64,000 bases of DNA, from contig CAZWMG010000007.1 of assembly GCA_964634945.1 (NCBI GenBank), forward strand, positions 3,488-67,487, written 5' to 3'. This document shows positions 55,121-64,000 of the stretch, piece after piece (the first letter of the stretch is position 1; the number at the start of each line of letters is the position of its first letter). A model generated the notes under the pieces. It saw nothing but the letters and a program-made list of their open reading frames with translations. It was not told the DNA's origin and did not search any database. The position numbers and the translations under genes were made by a program. The DNA comes from an uncultured Planctomycetia bacterium (GTDB lineage Bacteria; Omnitrophota; Gorgyraeia; JABMRG01).

Positions 55121-55299
55121 CAAAAAATCTAAGCGCCGATTCAAGCGGGGCCTTTTCATTTCAAGCGGGCCCGCCTGCCGGCGAGGCAGGCATGGTTCGC
55201 CATGATCAAGTTCTATGCGAGAGCGAAAAATGAAACGGAGCAAAAATTTCTCGCCGGGAAAATTTTTGCGTCCCCGCGTAATTGGTGCTTGTATTTTTG
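55121..55299. repeat. multi-stem palindromic intergenic element containing a family C palindrome
   Basis: Terminal imperfect IR CAAAAAATCTAAGCGCCGATT..GCGGGG / CCCCGC..AATTGGTGCTTGTATTTTTG; internal hairpins. Confidence 0.65.
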
Positions 55300-55343
55300 T
55301 GGCAAGCGTTTCTCCCAATTATTTCAACCTTTATTACCAATTT

Positions 55344-56222
55344 CTATATTAAGCCGTATTCACTTAACGCCAGCCTTATCTTTTCTTCACTTGCCTTTGA
55401 GACACCACACATCGGCAATCTCAGATCCGGTTCTATCATACCTAACATTTTCATCGCGGCCTTAACAGGCGCCGGGTTTGTCTCTATAAACATCGCCTTA
55501 ACGAGTGGAAGCATCTTAAAATAAAGTTCTCTAGCTTTTTCAATATCATTTTCCAAGAAAGCGGAGACCATACTGGAAACATCTTTTGGTATAATATTAG
55601 CGACCACAGATATAACACCGCATCCACCGATAGCAAGTACCGGAAGAGTTAATGAATCGTCTCCTGATATAAGATCGAAGTCAGGGCCACAGATACATCT
55701 TATTTCAGCCATCTGATTTACATTACCGCTCGCCTCTTTAACCGCTACCACATTTTTTAAAGTAGATAGGCGCTGTATAGTTTCAGGCGTTATGTTCGTT
55801 CCTGTGCGCGAGGCTATATTGTACGCGATAAGGGGAATATCTACTGAATCGGAAAGCGCCTTAAAATGACGATATATGCCTTCCTGCGTAGGCTTATTAT
55901 AATATGGTGTTATTATCAAGGCCCCATCCGCTCCAACCTCTTTAGCATGCCTTGTAAGCTCGATAGCCTCACCTGTATTATTAGAACCTGCACCGGCCAT
56001 AACCTTGGCCTTGCCTTTAGCCGTGCTTATTACGATGTCTATTACCTTCTCATGTTCCTCAATTGATAATGTAGCTGACTCTCCTGTTGTGCCGCATGGC
56101 ACAATAACAGAGGTATTATTACTTATCTGAAAGTTCACTAAATCTTTAAGCTTTACTTCATCCAGCTCTGTACCATTATTTTTAAACGGGGTTACTATGG
56201 CAACCATTGAACCTTTAAACAT
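55344..56222 (-). CDS. dapA: 4-hydroxy-tetrahydrodipicolinate synthase
   Basis: GTTGESATL, PYYNKP, YN, KEASG, SGDD, ETNP. Confidence 0.97.
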   Translation of the reverse strand: MFKGSMVAIVTPFKNNGTELDEVKLKDLVNFQISNNTSVIVPCGTTGESATLSIEEHEKVIDIVISTAKGKAKVMAGAGSNNTGEAIELTRHAKEVGADGALIITPYYNKPTQEGIYRHFKALSDSVDIPLIAYNIASRTGTNITPETIQRLSTLKNVVAVKEASGNVNQMAEIRCICGPDFDLISGDDSLTLPVLAIGGCGVISVVANIIPKDVSSMVSAFLENDIEKARELYFKMLPLVKAMFIETNPAPVKAAMKMLGMIEPDLRLPMCGVSKASEEKIRLALSEYGLI

Positions 56223-56243
56223 GGTAAACTCCTTTAGTTTTTA

Positions 56244-57059
56244 TTAAACCTTTATCTGCCCCTTAAAGACCTCATTTGCTTGACCTTCCAGAAAAGCATT
56301 GCGAATAATATTGTTCTTCACTGTAAAATATATTTTAAGATCTCCCCCTCTGGTGCAGACCGTTATAGGGGATCTCAGCCCCTTAACTACGCCTGAGATA
56401 ACAGCTGACGCGACAGAGCCTGTACCACAAGCCAATGTCTCATCTTCAACACCTCTTTCATAAGTTCTTGCCAAAATAGATCGCTTGTTTTTAAAAGAAA
56501 CAATATTTACATTCGTACCTTGAGGAGCAAAAAACTTATGATATCTAACGCTACTACCAAAAGAGATAAGATCCAGGTTCTCTACATCATTAACAAAGCA
56601 GATAACGTGGGGAACACCGGTATTAATGTAGTGAAGTTCGTAAGCCTTCTTCTTTAGCGTAAGGTAGATGCCTAATTTCATATCTTTAGGATCTGTCATG
56701 TTTATCTTTACACTTGACTTGCCCACCTTTGCGTTCAATAAGCCTGCTTTTGTTTCTATGCGCATCGAATATGGCGCTATTTTATTAAGTTTAGCATATA
56801 ATGCTATACAGCGCGACCCATTGCCGCACATATCAGGCTCTGAACCATCTGGATTTAAAATGCGCATACTGAAATCCGCTGCTTTTGCTTTTTCTACAAG
56901 CAAAAGTCCGTCAGCGCCGATACCGAATTTTCTATCACAGAGTTTGCGCGCAAGTTCCGGTACGCGCTTTAAAGCCCGCTTTCTATTATCTACAACAATA
57001 AAATCATTACCTGTCGCAACCATCTTACTAAAATTTATAACTCTCATGTTTTTCCTCAT
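56244..57059 (-). CDS. dapF: diaminopimelate epimerase
   Basis: GNDF, GIGADG, MCGNGSRC, GVPH, ERGVEDETLACGTG. Confidence 0.96.
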   Translation of the reverse strand: MRKNMRVINFSKMVATGNDFIVVDNRKRALKRVPELARKLCDRKFGIGADGLLLVEKAKAADFSMRILNPDGSEPDMCGNGSRCIALYAKLNKIAPYSMRIETKAGLLNAKVGKSSVKINMTDPKDMKLGIYLTLKKKAYELHYINTGVPHVICFVNDVENLDLISFGSSVRYHKFFAPQGTNVNIVSFKNKRSILARTYERGVEDETLACGTGSVASAVISGVVKGLRSPITVCTRGGDLKIYFTVKNNIIRNAFLEGQANEVFKGQIKV

Positions 57060-57063
57060 TCTT

Positions 57064-57097
57064 GCATCCAGTATCCAGTATCTAGCATCTAGTATCT
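57064..57097. repeat. five-unit heptamer array G(C/T)ATC(C/T)A
   Basis: GCATCCA GTATCCA GTATCTA GCATCTA GTATCT. Confidence 0.7.
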
Positions 57098-57099
57098 CT

Positions 57100-58362
57100 C
57101 TATCTTAACACCTTCGGCACAACTTCTCCTCTTACAAGGTCCTGATACGACTCCCTCTTTCGAACAATATAATATTTTCCATTTATGACCATAACCTCTG
57201 TTGCGCGCGGGCGAGCATTATAGTTGCTCGACATAGAAAATCCATAAGCACCGGCACTCATAACAGCCATAAAATCTCCTTCGCATGCAGAAGCAAGTTT
57301 CCTGCCTTTAGCGATAAAATCCCCGCTTTCGCATATCGGCCCTACTACATCAAACTTTCGCTTCTCCTGGCTAGAAGAGCCACGAACAACCGGAAGTATC
57401 TCGTGGAAGGCATCGTAAAGGCTCGGGCGCATAATGTCATTCATACCGGCATCGACTATCATAAAGTTTTTGTTTATAGATCTCTTCACATACAAGACCT
57501 TTGTAACCAATATACCGCTATTACCTGATATAAATCTACCCGGTTCAAGTATTAATTTTATATTCAGTTTACCAAGTATAGGTACCACAGCCTTGGCAAA
57601 ATCCTTTGCTGTCTGCGGTTTCTCATCATTATAGATAATACCAAGTCCGCCGCCTATATTAAGGTAATCGATTTTGTGTCCTGTATTACGTATCGCGCCT
57701 ATCAAGGACGATGCCTTTTTTATAGCTTTCAGGAACGGGTCAACCTGGGTAATCTGTGACCCTATATGAATATGTATACCGATTATATCTATGTGCTTAA
57801 ACTTAACACTATCACTAAATATGCGCAGGGTGGTGTCTTCATCTATACCGAATTTATTGCTCTTTGTCCCTGTTGTAATATACTTATGAGTCTTTGCTTT
57901 TACACCCGGATTTACTCTTATCGCTACCTTTGTCCTTTTTTTCATGCGCGCGCATAATCTGTCTATTAGCGCGAGTTCGGGTATGCTCTCTACATTGAAA
58001 AGTAGTATGCCTGCCTTAAGCGCGTCTTTTATCTCCACAGCCGTCTTGCCTACACTCGCGTATACTATTTTTTTAGGGTCAGCACCCAGTTTTCGCGCCT
58101 TAAAAAGCTCACCACCTGAAACTATATCGAGTCCGGAACCGGCTCTTAAGAGCGACTGACATACACAAAGATTGGAATTAGACTTCATAGAAAAACAGAT
58201 AATCGGTTTTAAGCTTTTAAATGCTTCTTTTATCTTCGTGTAGTGGCCTATGAGCGTCTTATGGCTATAGAGATAAAACGGTGTGCCCACATCCTTAGCT
58301 ATTTTCTCTACAGATACTGATTCACAGTAAAGCTTACTGCCCTTATGTCTAAAATAATGCAT
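57100..58362 (-). CDS. lysA: diaminopimelate decarboxylase
   Basis: KSNSN, DIVSGGEL, HIGSQ, GGG, EPGR, GPICESGD, GAYG, NYN. Confidence 0.96.
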   Translation of the reverse strand: MHYFRHKGSKLYCESVSVEKIAKDVGTPFYLYSHKTLIGHYTKIKEAFKSLKPIICFSMKSNSNLCVCQSLLRAGSGLDIVSGGELFKARKLGADPKKIVYASVGKTAVEIKDALKAGILLFNVESIPELALIDRLCARMKKRTKVAIRVNPGVKAKTHKYITTGTKSNKFGIDEDTTLRIFSDSVKFKHIDIIGIHIHIGSQITQVDPFLKAIKKASSLIGAIRNTGHKIDYLNIGGGLGIIYNDEKPQTAKDFAKAVVPILGKLNIKLILEPGRFISGNSGILVTKVLYVKRSINKNFMIVDAGMNDIMRPSLYDAFHEILPVVRGSSSQEKRKFDVVGPICESGDFIAKGRKLASACEGDFMAVMSAGAYGFSMSSNYNARPRATEVMVINGKYYIVRKRESYQDLVRGEVVPKVLR

Positions 58363-58363
58363 C

Positions 58364-59746
58364 TTATTTATCCTTAAGTCTTTTTGTCCACTTATTAATC
58401 AGCTGCCTTACAAAGATAGGATTTGTGCTTCCGATAGAACTCTTCTTTGCTATAGATTTCCTTGCGTCGAGCTCCTTATAGAAATTCGCGTCAAATTTGT
58501 TTGTAAAGCTATTAAGCTCATCCAATGATAACTCAGAGATCTTTAGATTGTTATCAATGCAATACGCGATAATCTTTCCTGTAAAAGTATGTGCCTGGGC
58601 GAATGTCAATCCCTTTCTGACAAGATAATCCGCTATATCAAGCGCAAAAAGGGATTCATCATCCTTAAAGGCCTTAATCATATTATTTTTGTTTATCTTT
58701 ATGCTTCCTACCAGGCCTGAGGTTATCGTAAGGACATCTTCCGTCATCTTAACAGAATCAAAAAGCTCTTCCTTGTCAAGCTGCATATCTCTGTTGTAAG
58801 AAAGCGGCAGGCCTTTCATCATAACCATCACTGAGCTTAAATTCGCATATGCCTTCGCGGTGGTTCCTCTTATAAGCTCTAAGGCGTCCGGGTTTTTCTT
58901 TTGAGGCATTATAGATGACCCCGTGCAAAAGCCCTCTCCTATCTCCACTATGTTAAACTCAGGTGTTGAGAAAAGTATCATATCTTCGCAAAACCTCGAA
59001 AGATGCATAAAGAGTATCGCTATAGCGGATAGCATATCCAAAACAAAATCTCTGTCACTAACCGCGTCTATGCTATTCTGGCTTATTTTCTTGAAACCTA
59101 ATAATTGAGCTACGTATTTTCTGTCTATAGCAAACGAAGTTCCTGCCAAGGCGCATGCGCCAAGAGGCATCTCATCGCATCTTTCTCTTGCCTGAAGCAA
59201 TCTTTTCTTATCTCTTTCCAGCATCTCAATATACGCTAGCAGTTGATGCGACAACAAGATAGGCATAGCATGCTGAGTATGCGTAAGGCCTGGTATAATA
59301 ACATCTATATTTTTCTTAGACATATTAATCAACGCGACCTGGAGCTTCTGTATAAGCCCTACTAAAGAAAAGGCCTTATCTTTCGCGTACATCCTTAGAT
59401 CAAGTACGATCTGGTCATTTCTGGATCTCGCTGTATGAAGATAATCCGCTACATTTCCTATTTTCTTCTTAAGCGCTATATGTATAGCGCTATGAATGTC
59501 CTCGGCTGATGAGTCTATCTTAAAGGAATTATTTTCTATCTCCTTTAATATCTTCTTAAGGCTGCTGGCGATCAATTTAGCGGCTTTAGCAGGTATGATC
59601 CCGGTCTTACCAAGCATCTTTACATGCGCTAGACTGCCCCTTGCGTCATAGACAGCTAGTTTCTTGTCATAATCTATAGAGCTCTGAAATTTCCAAAATA
59701 GGAGGTCCTGCTCCTGCTTAAACCTTCCACCCCACATCTTTTTCAT
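58364..59746 (-). CDS. argH: argininosuccinate lyase
   Basis: MWGGRF, HTARSRNDQ, GSSIMPQKKNPD, LPLSYNRD. Confidence 0.97.
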   Translation of the reverse strand: MKKMWGGRFKQEQDLLFWKFQSSIDYDKKLAVYDARGSLAHVKMLGKTGIIPAKAAKLIASSLKKILKEIENNSFKIDSSAEDIHSAIHIALKKKIGNVADYLHTARSRNDQIVLDLRMYAKDKAFSLVGLIQKLQVALINMSKKNIDVIIPGLTHTQHAMPILLSHQLLAYIEMLERDKKRLLQARERCDEMPLGACALAGTSFAIDRKYVAQLLGFKKISQNSIDAVSDRDFVLDMLSAIAILFMHLSRFCEDMILFSTPEFNIVEIGEGFCTGSSIMPQKKNPDALELIRGTTAKAYANLSSVMVMMKGLPLSYNRDMQLDKEELFDSVKMTEDVLTITSGLVGSIKINKNNMIKAFKDDESLFALDIADYLVRKGLTFAQAHTFTGKIIAYCIDNNLKISELSLDELNSFTNKFDANFYKELDARKSIAKKSSIGSTNPIFVRQLINKWTKRLKDK

Positions 59747-59764
59747 AAGTATGCTCCATGTTTA

Positions 59765-59880
59765 GTACATCGTATTGTGTATGTTGTATTGCGTTATCTG
59801 ACTTGAGTTATATTAAATATATACTACTTTCACTGCGCGCAAGATGCACCACGCGATACACGCCACGCGATACACAATAC
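59765..59880. repeat. inverted pair of degenerate heptamer arrays
   Basis: GTATTGTGTAT (59772-59782) is the reverse complement of ATACACAATAC (59870-59880); 7-nt periodicity on both sides. Confidence 0.6.
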
Positions 59881-59918
59881 TTGTATGTTCGCCTATTTTA
59901 AAATATCTATTGCTCTAA

Positions 59919-61094
59919 TTATCTCTTTTCATAAGGAAGGCCCCAGATCTTTATAAAACCCTCAGCTGCCGTATGATCGAACTTATCCTCTTCAGTATAC
60001 GTTGCTAACTTCTCGCTGTATAGTGAAAACTTTGATCTTCGCCCTACCACACTGCATCCGCCCTTGTATAATTTAAGCCTTACATCACCGGTAACCCGAT
60101 TCTGAGTATTTTCAATAAATTTATCAAGTGATTCTCTTAGTTTGCTATACCAGAGTCCATTATATATAAGTTCTGAATATTTTAATGATATCATATCCTT
60201 AAAATGTAAAACCTCTCTATCCAGGACAAGCGCCTCAAGCTCCTTATGCGCCGTATGAAGTATAGATGCCGCAGGGGCTTCATATATCTCTCTCGATTTT
60301 ATACCAACAAGCCTGTTCTCAACCATATCACTTCTGCCGACACCATGTGACGCGCCTATGGCATTGAGCTTGTTAATAATCTGTATGGGTGAGTATTGTT
60401 TACCATTTAAATTACGCGGCTCTCCTTTTTCAAAACCGATAGTTACGTATACCGGATTCTTTGGCGCTTTTTTAGGGTCATTTGTAATCTGATACGCGTC
60501 TTCGGGAGGTTCTGTATTTGGATTCTCCAAAACACCGCATTCTATACTTATCCCCCATAGGTTCTCATCGAAACTATATGGGCTCTTCTTTGTTGCCGTA
60601 ACCGGAATCTTATGGGTCTTTGCGTACCTTATCTGCGCTTCTCTTGACGCGAAATCCCATACCCTTACCGGGGCGATAACCTTTAACCCCTTTGAAAGCG
60701 CGGATAATGAAACCTCGATCCTGACCTGATCATTACCCTTACCCGTACAACCGTGGCCTACATATTTTGCCTTCTCCTTTTTCGCTACTTCAGCCAGCAC
60801 CTTTGCTATCAATGGCCTTGAAAGAGCGGTAGCAAGAAAATACTTACCTTCATATACAGCGTTTGCCTTCAACGCGGGAAATATAAAATCATTAACAAAT
60901 TCTTTTCTGGCATCGATAACATAGACATTTGACGCGCCTATCTTTCCGGCTTTTTTCTTTGCCTTTTCAAACTCCCCCTTTTGGCCAACATCTACAAGGC
61001 AGGCTACAACATCAAAGCCTCTCTCTCTAAGCCATCCTATAGCGACAGACGTATCAAGCCCGCCTGAATATGCCAATACAATCTTTTTACTCAT
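59919..61094 (-). CDS. argG: argininosuccinate synthase
   Basis: LAYSGGLDTS, HGCTGKGNDQVR, ENRLVGIKSREIYE. Confidence 0.97.
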   Translation of the reverse strand: MSKKIVLAYSGGLDTSVAIGWLRERGFDVVACLVDVGQKGEFEKAKKKAGKIGASNVYVIDARKEFVNDFIFPALKANAVYEGKYFLATALSRPLIAKVLAEVAKKEKAKYVGHGCTGKGNDQVRIEVSLSALSKGLKVIAPVRVWDFASREAQIRYAKTHKIPVTATKKSPYSFDENLWGISIECGVLENPNTEPPEDAYQITNDPKKAPKNPVYVTIGFEKGEPRNLNGKQYSPIQIINKLNAIGASHGVGRSDMVENRLVGIKSREIYEAPAASILHTAHKELEALVLDREVLHFKDMISLKYSELIYNGLWYSKLRESLDKFIENTQNRVTGDVRLKLYKGGCSVVGRRSKFSLYSEKLATYTEEDKFDHTAAEGFIKIWGLPYEKR

Positions 61095-61143
61095 CTAAAG
61101 CTCCTCTATTTAGTATTAAAATTAAACCCTTAAGGCTAGCTAC

Positions 61144-62064
61144 TTAATTCTTGTTTAATAACTTAAGTAATATCGCTTTTTGGATATGTAATCTATTCTC
61201 TGCCTGATCAAAAACTATTGAATGAGGCCCATCTATTACCTCACCCGTTACCTCTTCACCCCTGTGCGCGGGCAAACAATGCATTACAACAGACTCGGGG
61301 TTAGATTTAGAAAGAAGATCTGAATCGAGCCTAAAATCGTGAAAATCCTCTAATCTTTTCTTTCTATCAGATTCCTGGCCCATCGATACCCAGACATCTG
61401 TATATAAGACATCAGCCCCTGTTGCTGCTTTATATTTATCCCCAACAACCTCTACTATTGAACCAGAATCTTTGGCGATCTTCTTGGCCTGTGCAAGTAT
61501 ACCCTTATCCGGTTCGTAACCTTTTGGCGAGGCTATCCTTATATTGATACCCGCCTTTGAAGCGGCGTATAAAAGAGAATGTAGCACATTGTTCCCATCC
61601 CCGATAAACGCCAGGGTAAGGCCTTTAAGCTTAGAGAATTTCTCCTTTATAGTAAATAAATCCGCCAACCCTTGGCACGGATGCAAAAGGTCACTTAAGC
61701 CATTTATGACCGGTACAGTAGCGTTTTCCGCAAGATCAAGCACATCCTGATGCAAAAAAGTCCTAGCAACAATAATATCAAGGTATCTTGATAATGTATG
61801 CGCTATATCCTTGGTAGCCTCCCTTATGCCAAGCTTTATATCATCCGGGCCAAGATACACAGTGTGCCCGCCCAGTTGATACATGCCTACGTCAAAGGAG
61901 ACCCTTGTCCTATTGGATGGCTTTTGGAATATAAGCCCCAGAGATCTGCCCTTAAGCGTTCCGAAGTATGCGGATGAATCTAGTTTTAGCAACTGAGCGA
62001 GATCAAGGATGCTATTTATCTCATCCATTGATAGGTCTTTTATTGATATAAGATCTTTTCTCAT
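61144..62064 (-). CDS. argF: ornithine carbamoyltransferase
   Basis: SNRTRVSF, HPCQ, GDGNN, YTDVWVSMGQE, HCLPAHRG, QAENR. Confidence 0.96.
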   Translation of the reverse strand: MRKDLISIKDLSMDEINSILDLAQLLKLDSSAYFGTLKGRSLGLIFQKPSNRTRVSFDVGMYQLGGHTVYLGPDDIKLGIREATKDIAHTLSRYLDIIVARTFLHQDVLDLAENATVPVINGLSDLLHPCQGLADLFTIKEKFSKLKGLTLAFIGDGNNVLHSLLYAASKAGINIRIASPKGYEPDKGILAQAKKIAKDSGSIVEVVGDKYKAATGADVLYTDVWVSMGQESDRKKRLEDFHDFRLDSDLLSKSNPESVVMHCLPAHRGEEVTGEVIDGPHSIVFDQAENRLHIQKAILLKLLNKN

Positions 62065-63245
62065 TTCGCGATTACCTCTGATAATATCTTTACAGCCTTA
62101 TTTATCTCAGATTTTTTTACGGTAATAGAAGGCATGATCCTTAATATATTTGCCTGCGTGCAATTAATAAGTAACCCCTTTTCAAAACACCTATCTACGA
62201 TATCCTTGCCTTCTACATCAAGCTCAATACCTATCATAAGCGCTTTATGTTTTATATTATTTATTATATTAGGATGCCTTCTCTTAAGCCTGTTAAGCTG
62301 TTTAAGAAAATAATCCCCCATCCTATTCGCGTTTTCAAGCAACCTATCCTTTTCAATGGCGTCGAGTACCGCGTTTGCCGCAGCAGATACTATAGGGCTT
62401 CCACCGAACGTAGAGGCATGCATTCCGGGTTTTAAACAGTCGACAAATTTGTCCGCTACCACCATAGCGCCAATCGGAAGGCCGCCGCCTAAACTCTTTG
62501 CCAAAGTCATAACGTCAGGCAGAATATCGTAATGCTGATACGCGAAGAGTTTACCGGATCTGCCCATACCGCTCTGTACCTCATCAAATATCAGCAGCAG
62601 ATCCTTAGCATTGCATAAGGTTCTAAGCTCTTTCATATAATCACTATCCGCGATGTTTATACCGCCTTCACCTTGAATAGGTTCGATCATCACCGCGACT
62701 GTAATATCGTCAATAGCTTCCTTAATAGCGCTAATATCATTAAACGGCACGTGCTCAAAACCTTCCGGTAAAGGCGCAAAACCTTTCTTGACCTTATCCT
62801 GGCCCGTTGCAGTAAGTGTAGCCAGGGTTCTTCCATGGAAGGATTTATCCATTGTTATTATCTTATATCTTCCTTCCTCAGAACCATAGGCACGTGCGAG
62901 TTTTATCGCAGCCTCATTTGCCTCCGCGCCGGAGTTAGAGAAAAATACTCTGCCGCCAAATGAGCTTTTTGATAACCTTTCCGCAAGCTGTGCCTGCGGT
63001 TTGCTATAATAATTATTTGATACATGGATAATATCTTTCAACTGTCTGTTAACGGCGTTTACGACTCTTTTGTGGCAATGGCCAAGCCCGCTTACAGCCC
63101 ACCCCGGAAAGAAATCCAGGTACCTTTTTCCATCTTCATCCCATAGATACGAACCCTTGCCTTTTACAAAAACTACCGGGGTTCGTGTATATGTATTTAG
63201 TACATATGTATTGCAAAGATTAATCGCTGTCTGTGTATCTCCCAT
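62061..63245 (-). CDS. argD: acetylornithine aminotransferase
   Basis: NSGAEANE, FHGRT, EPIQGEGG, DEVQSG, AKSLGGG, STFGG; arg operon context. Confidence 0.92.
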   Translation of the reverse strand: MGDTQTAINLCNTYVLNTYTRTPVVFVKGKGSYLWDEDGKRYLDFFPGWAVSGLGHCHKRVVNAVNRQLKDIIHVSNNYYSKPQAQLAERLSKSSFGGRVFFSNSGAEANEAAIKLARAYGSEEGRYKIITMDKSFHGRTLATLTATGQDKVKKGFAPLPEGFEHVPFNDISAIKEAIDDITVAVMIEPIQGEGGINIADSDYMKELRTLCNAKDLLLIFDEVQSGMGRSGKLFAYQHYDILPDVMTLAKSLGGGLPIGAMVVADKFVDCLKPGMHASTFGGSPIVSAAANAVLDAIEKDRLLENANRMGDYFLKQLNRLKRRHPNIINNIKHKALMIGIELDVEGKDIVDRCFEKGLLINCTQANILRIMPSITVKKSEINKAVKILSEVIAK

Positions 63246-63252
63246 AATTAAC

Positions 63253-64000
63253 CTACCTCACAATCTCGGTTCCGATGCCTTCGTTAGTAAAAACCTCTAA
63301 TAAAAGCGAATGCGCTATCTTCCCGCTTATAATATGAACCTTTTTTACGCCATTGTCCAGGGCCCGTATGCCTGCTCTTACCTTTGGTATCATGCCGCCT
63401 TCTATAACCTGACTTTTAATCAGATCGAACGTATCTTCCTCATTAATATGAGAGATAAGGCTCTCCTGATCGTCCTTATCCTTCATCACGCCTTTTACAT
63501 TTGTTAATAATATCAATTTTTCCGCTGAAAGTACCGACGCTATCTCTGCGGCGGCAACATCAGCGTTTATGTTATAAGGCTTACTATCACTGCCGCAACC
63601 TACGGGTGATACAACCGGGATAGCCTTATTAAATAAGGCTTCATCTATATATTTGGTAATTATTGAATCTATATCACCTAAAAAATTCTCCGCAACAGTA
63701 TCTGTTTTTTTTCTAGCCTTGATCGTAAGGCTCTTGCTGCTTACTATGGACTCTGCCGGAACGCCTCTAGAGTTTATCCTTGCGACAAAACTTTCATTAA
63801 CGGATGTAAGCGCGTCATCTACAATTTCAGCGGTCTCTCTATCTGTAATTCTTAAACCATCTATAAATCTCGGCTCCTTGCCTCTGGTCTTCATCAATCT
63901 ACTTATCGCGGCGCCGCCGCCATGGATAAAGACTATCTTTATGTCGTTATTATGAAAAGAGACGATGTCATCAAGAACAGAATCAGAGAGCAGCTTGTCA
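63253..64000 (-). CDS. argB: acetylglutamate kinase (5' end beyond the window)
   Basis: Frame open to the window edge; IHGGG, GLRITD, NINAD, GGMIPKV, GIGT. Confidence 0.95.
   Translation of the reverse strand, partial: DKLLSDSVLDDIVSFHNNDIKIVFIHGGGAAISRLMKTRGKEPRFIDGLRITDRETAEIVDDALTSVNESFVARINSRGVPAESIVSSKSLTIKARKKTDTVAENFLGDIDSIITKYIDEALFNKAIPVVSPVGCGSDSKPYNINADVAAAEIASVLSAEKLILLTNVKGVMKDKDDQESLISHINEEDTFDLIKSQVIEGGMIPKVRAGIRALDNGVKKVHIISGKIAHSLLLEVFTNEGIGTEIVR

Noticed and set aside
55067-55318. 83-aa ORF, or a lysine riboswitch, between dapA and dapB
   Set aside because: The ORF is a translation of the palindromic element; no lysine-riboswitch consensus was recognised and the position is mid-operon
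392-63955. Numerous plus-strand ORFs of 60-227 aa in the ORF track (e.g. 10543-11199, 20041-20613, 36065-36748)
   Set aside because: Antisense shadows of well-supported minus-strand genes, with no recognisable motifs
48979-64000. nad/pan/dap/arg supercluster as a novelty
   Set aside because: Ordinary housekeeping biosynthesis; missing members such as panB and nadC may lie elsewhere in the genome

Overview
A ~40% GC bacterial chromosomal segment, almost entirely encoded on the minus strand. Gene content and repeat style are compatible with a PVC-group lineage such as Ca. Omnitrophota, which is inference only. Left to right it holds: tsaD (partial), a divergent polysaccharide deacetylase, ctpA, gatBAC, rsmA, pdxA, two parvulin PPIases, an unusually short mfd, argS, an rsfS with an internal TAG and a DUF5679-like small protein. 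Next is a type II secretion / type IV-pilin-like cluster (gspE-F-[lacI]-G-H-I-J-K-pilMN-pilO, then merR-exeA-gspC-secretin). This is followed by mtaB, a Na+/solute symporter, tRNA-Arg(CCG) with a duplicated 3' end, a Doc/HTH toxin-antitoxin-like pair and rsmE. After that come a TauE/DsbD-like membrane protein, a membrane spermidine-synthase-like protein, an AmmeMemoRadiSam pair with signal-like N-termini, a lysozyme-like secreted protein, a TPR-ExbB-ExbD-TonB cluster and uvrA. The right end has two Lys-rich histone-like genes, then nad/pan/fol/dap/lys/arg biosynthesis genes. Several families of palindromic non-coding repeats and degenerate heptamer arrays sit in intergenic gaps, and one composite lies in-frame inside mtaB. 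Best leads: the secretin fused to a TonB-C-like domain, the candidate chromatin-protein operon, the envelope-targeted AmmeMemoRadiSam locus and the minimal Mfd.
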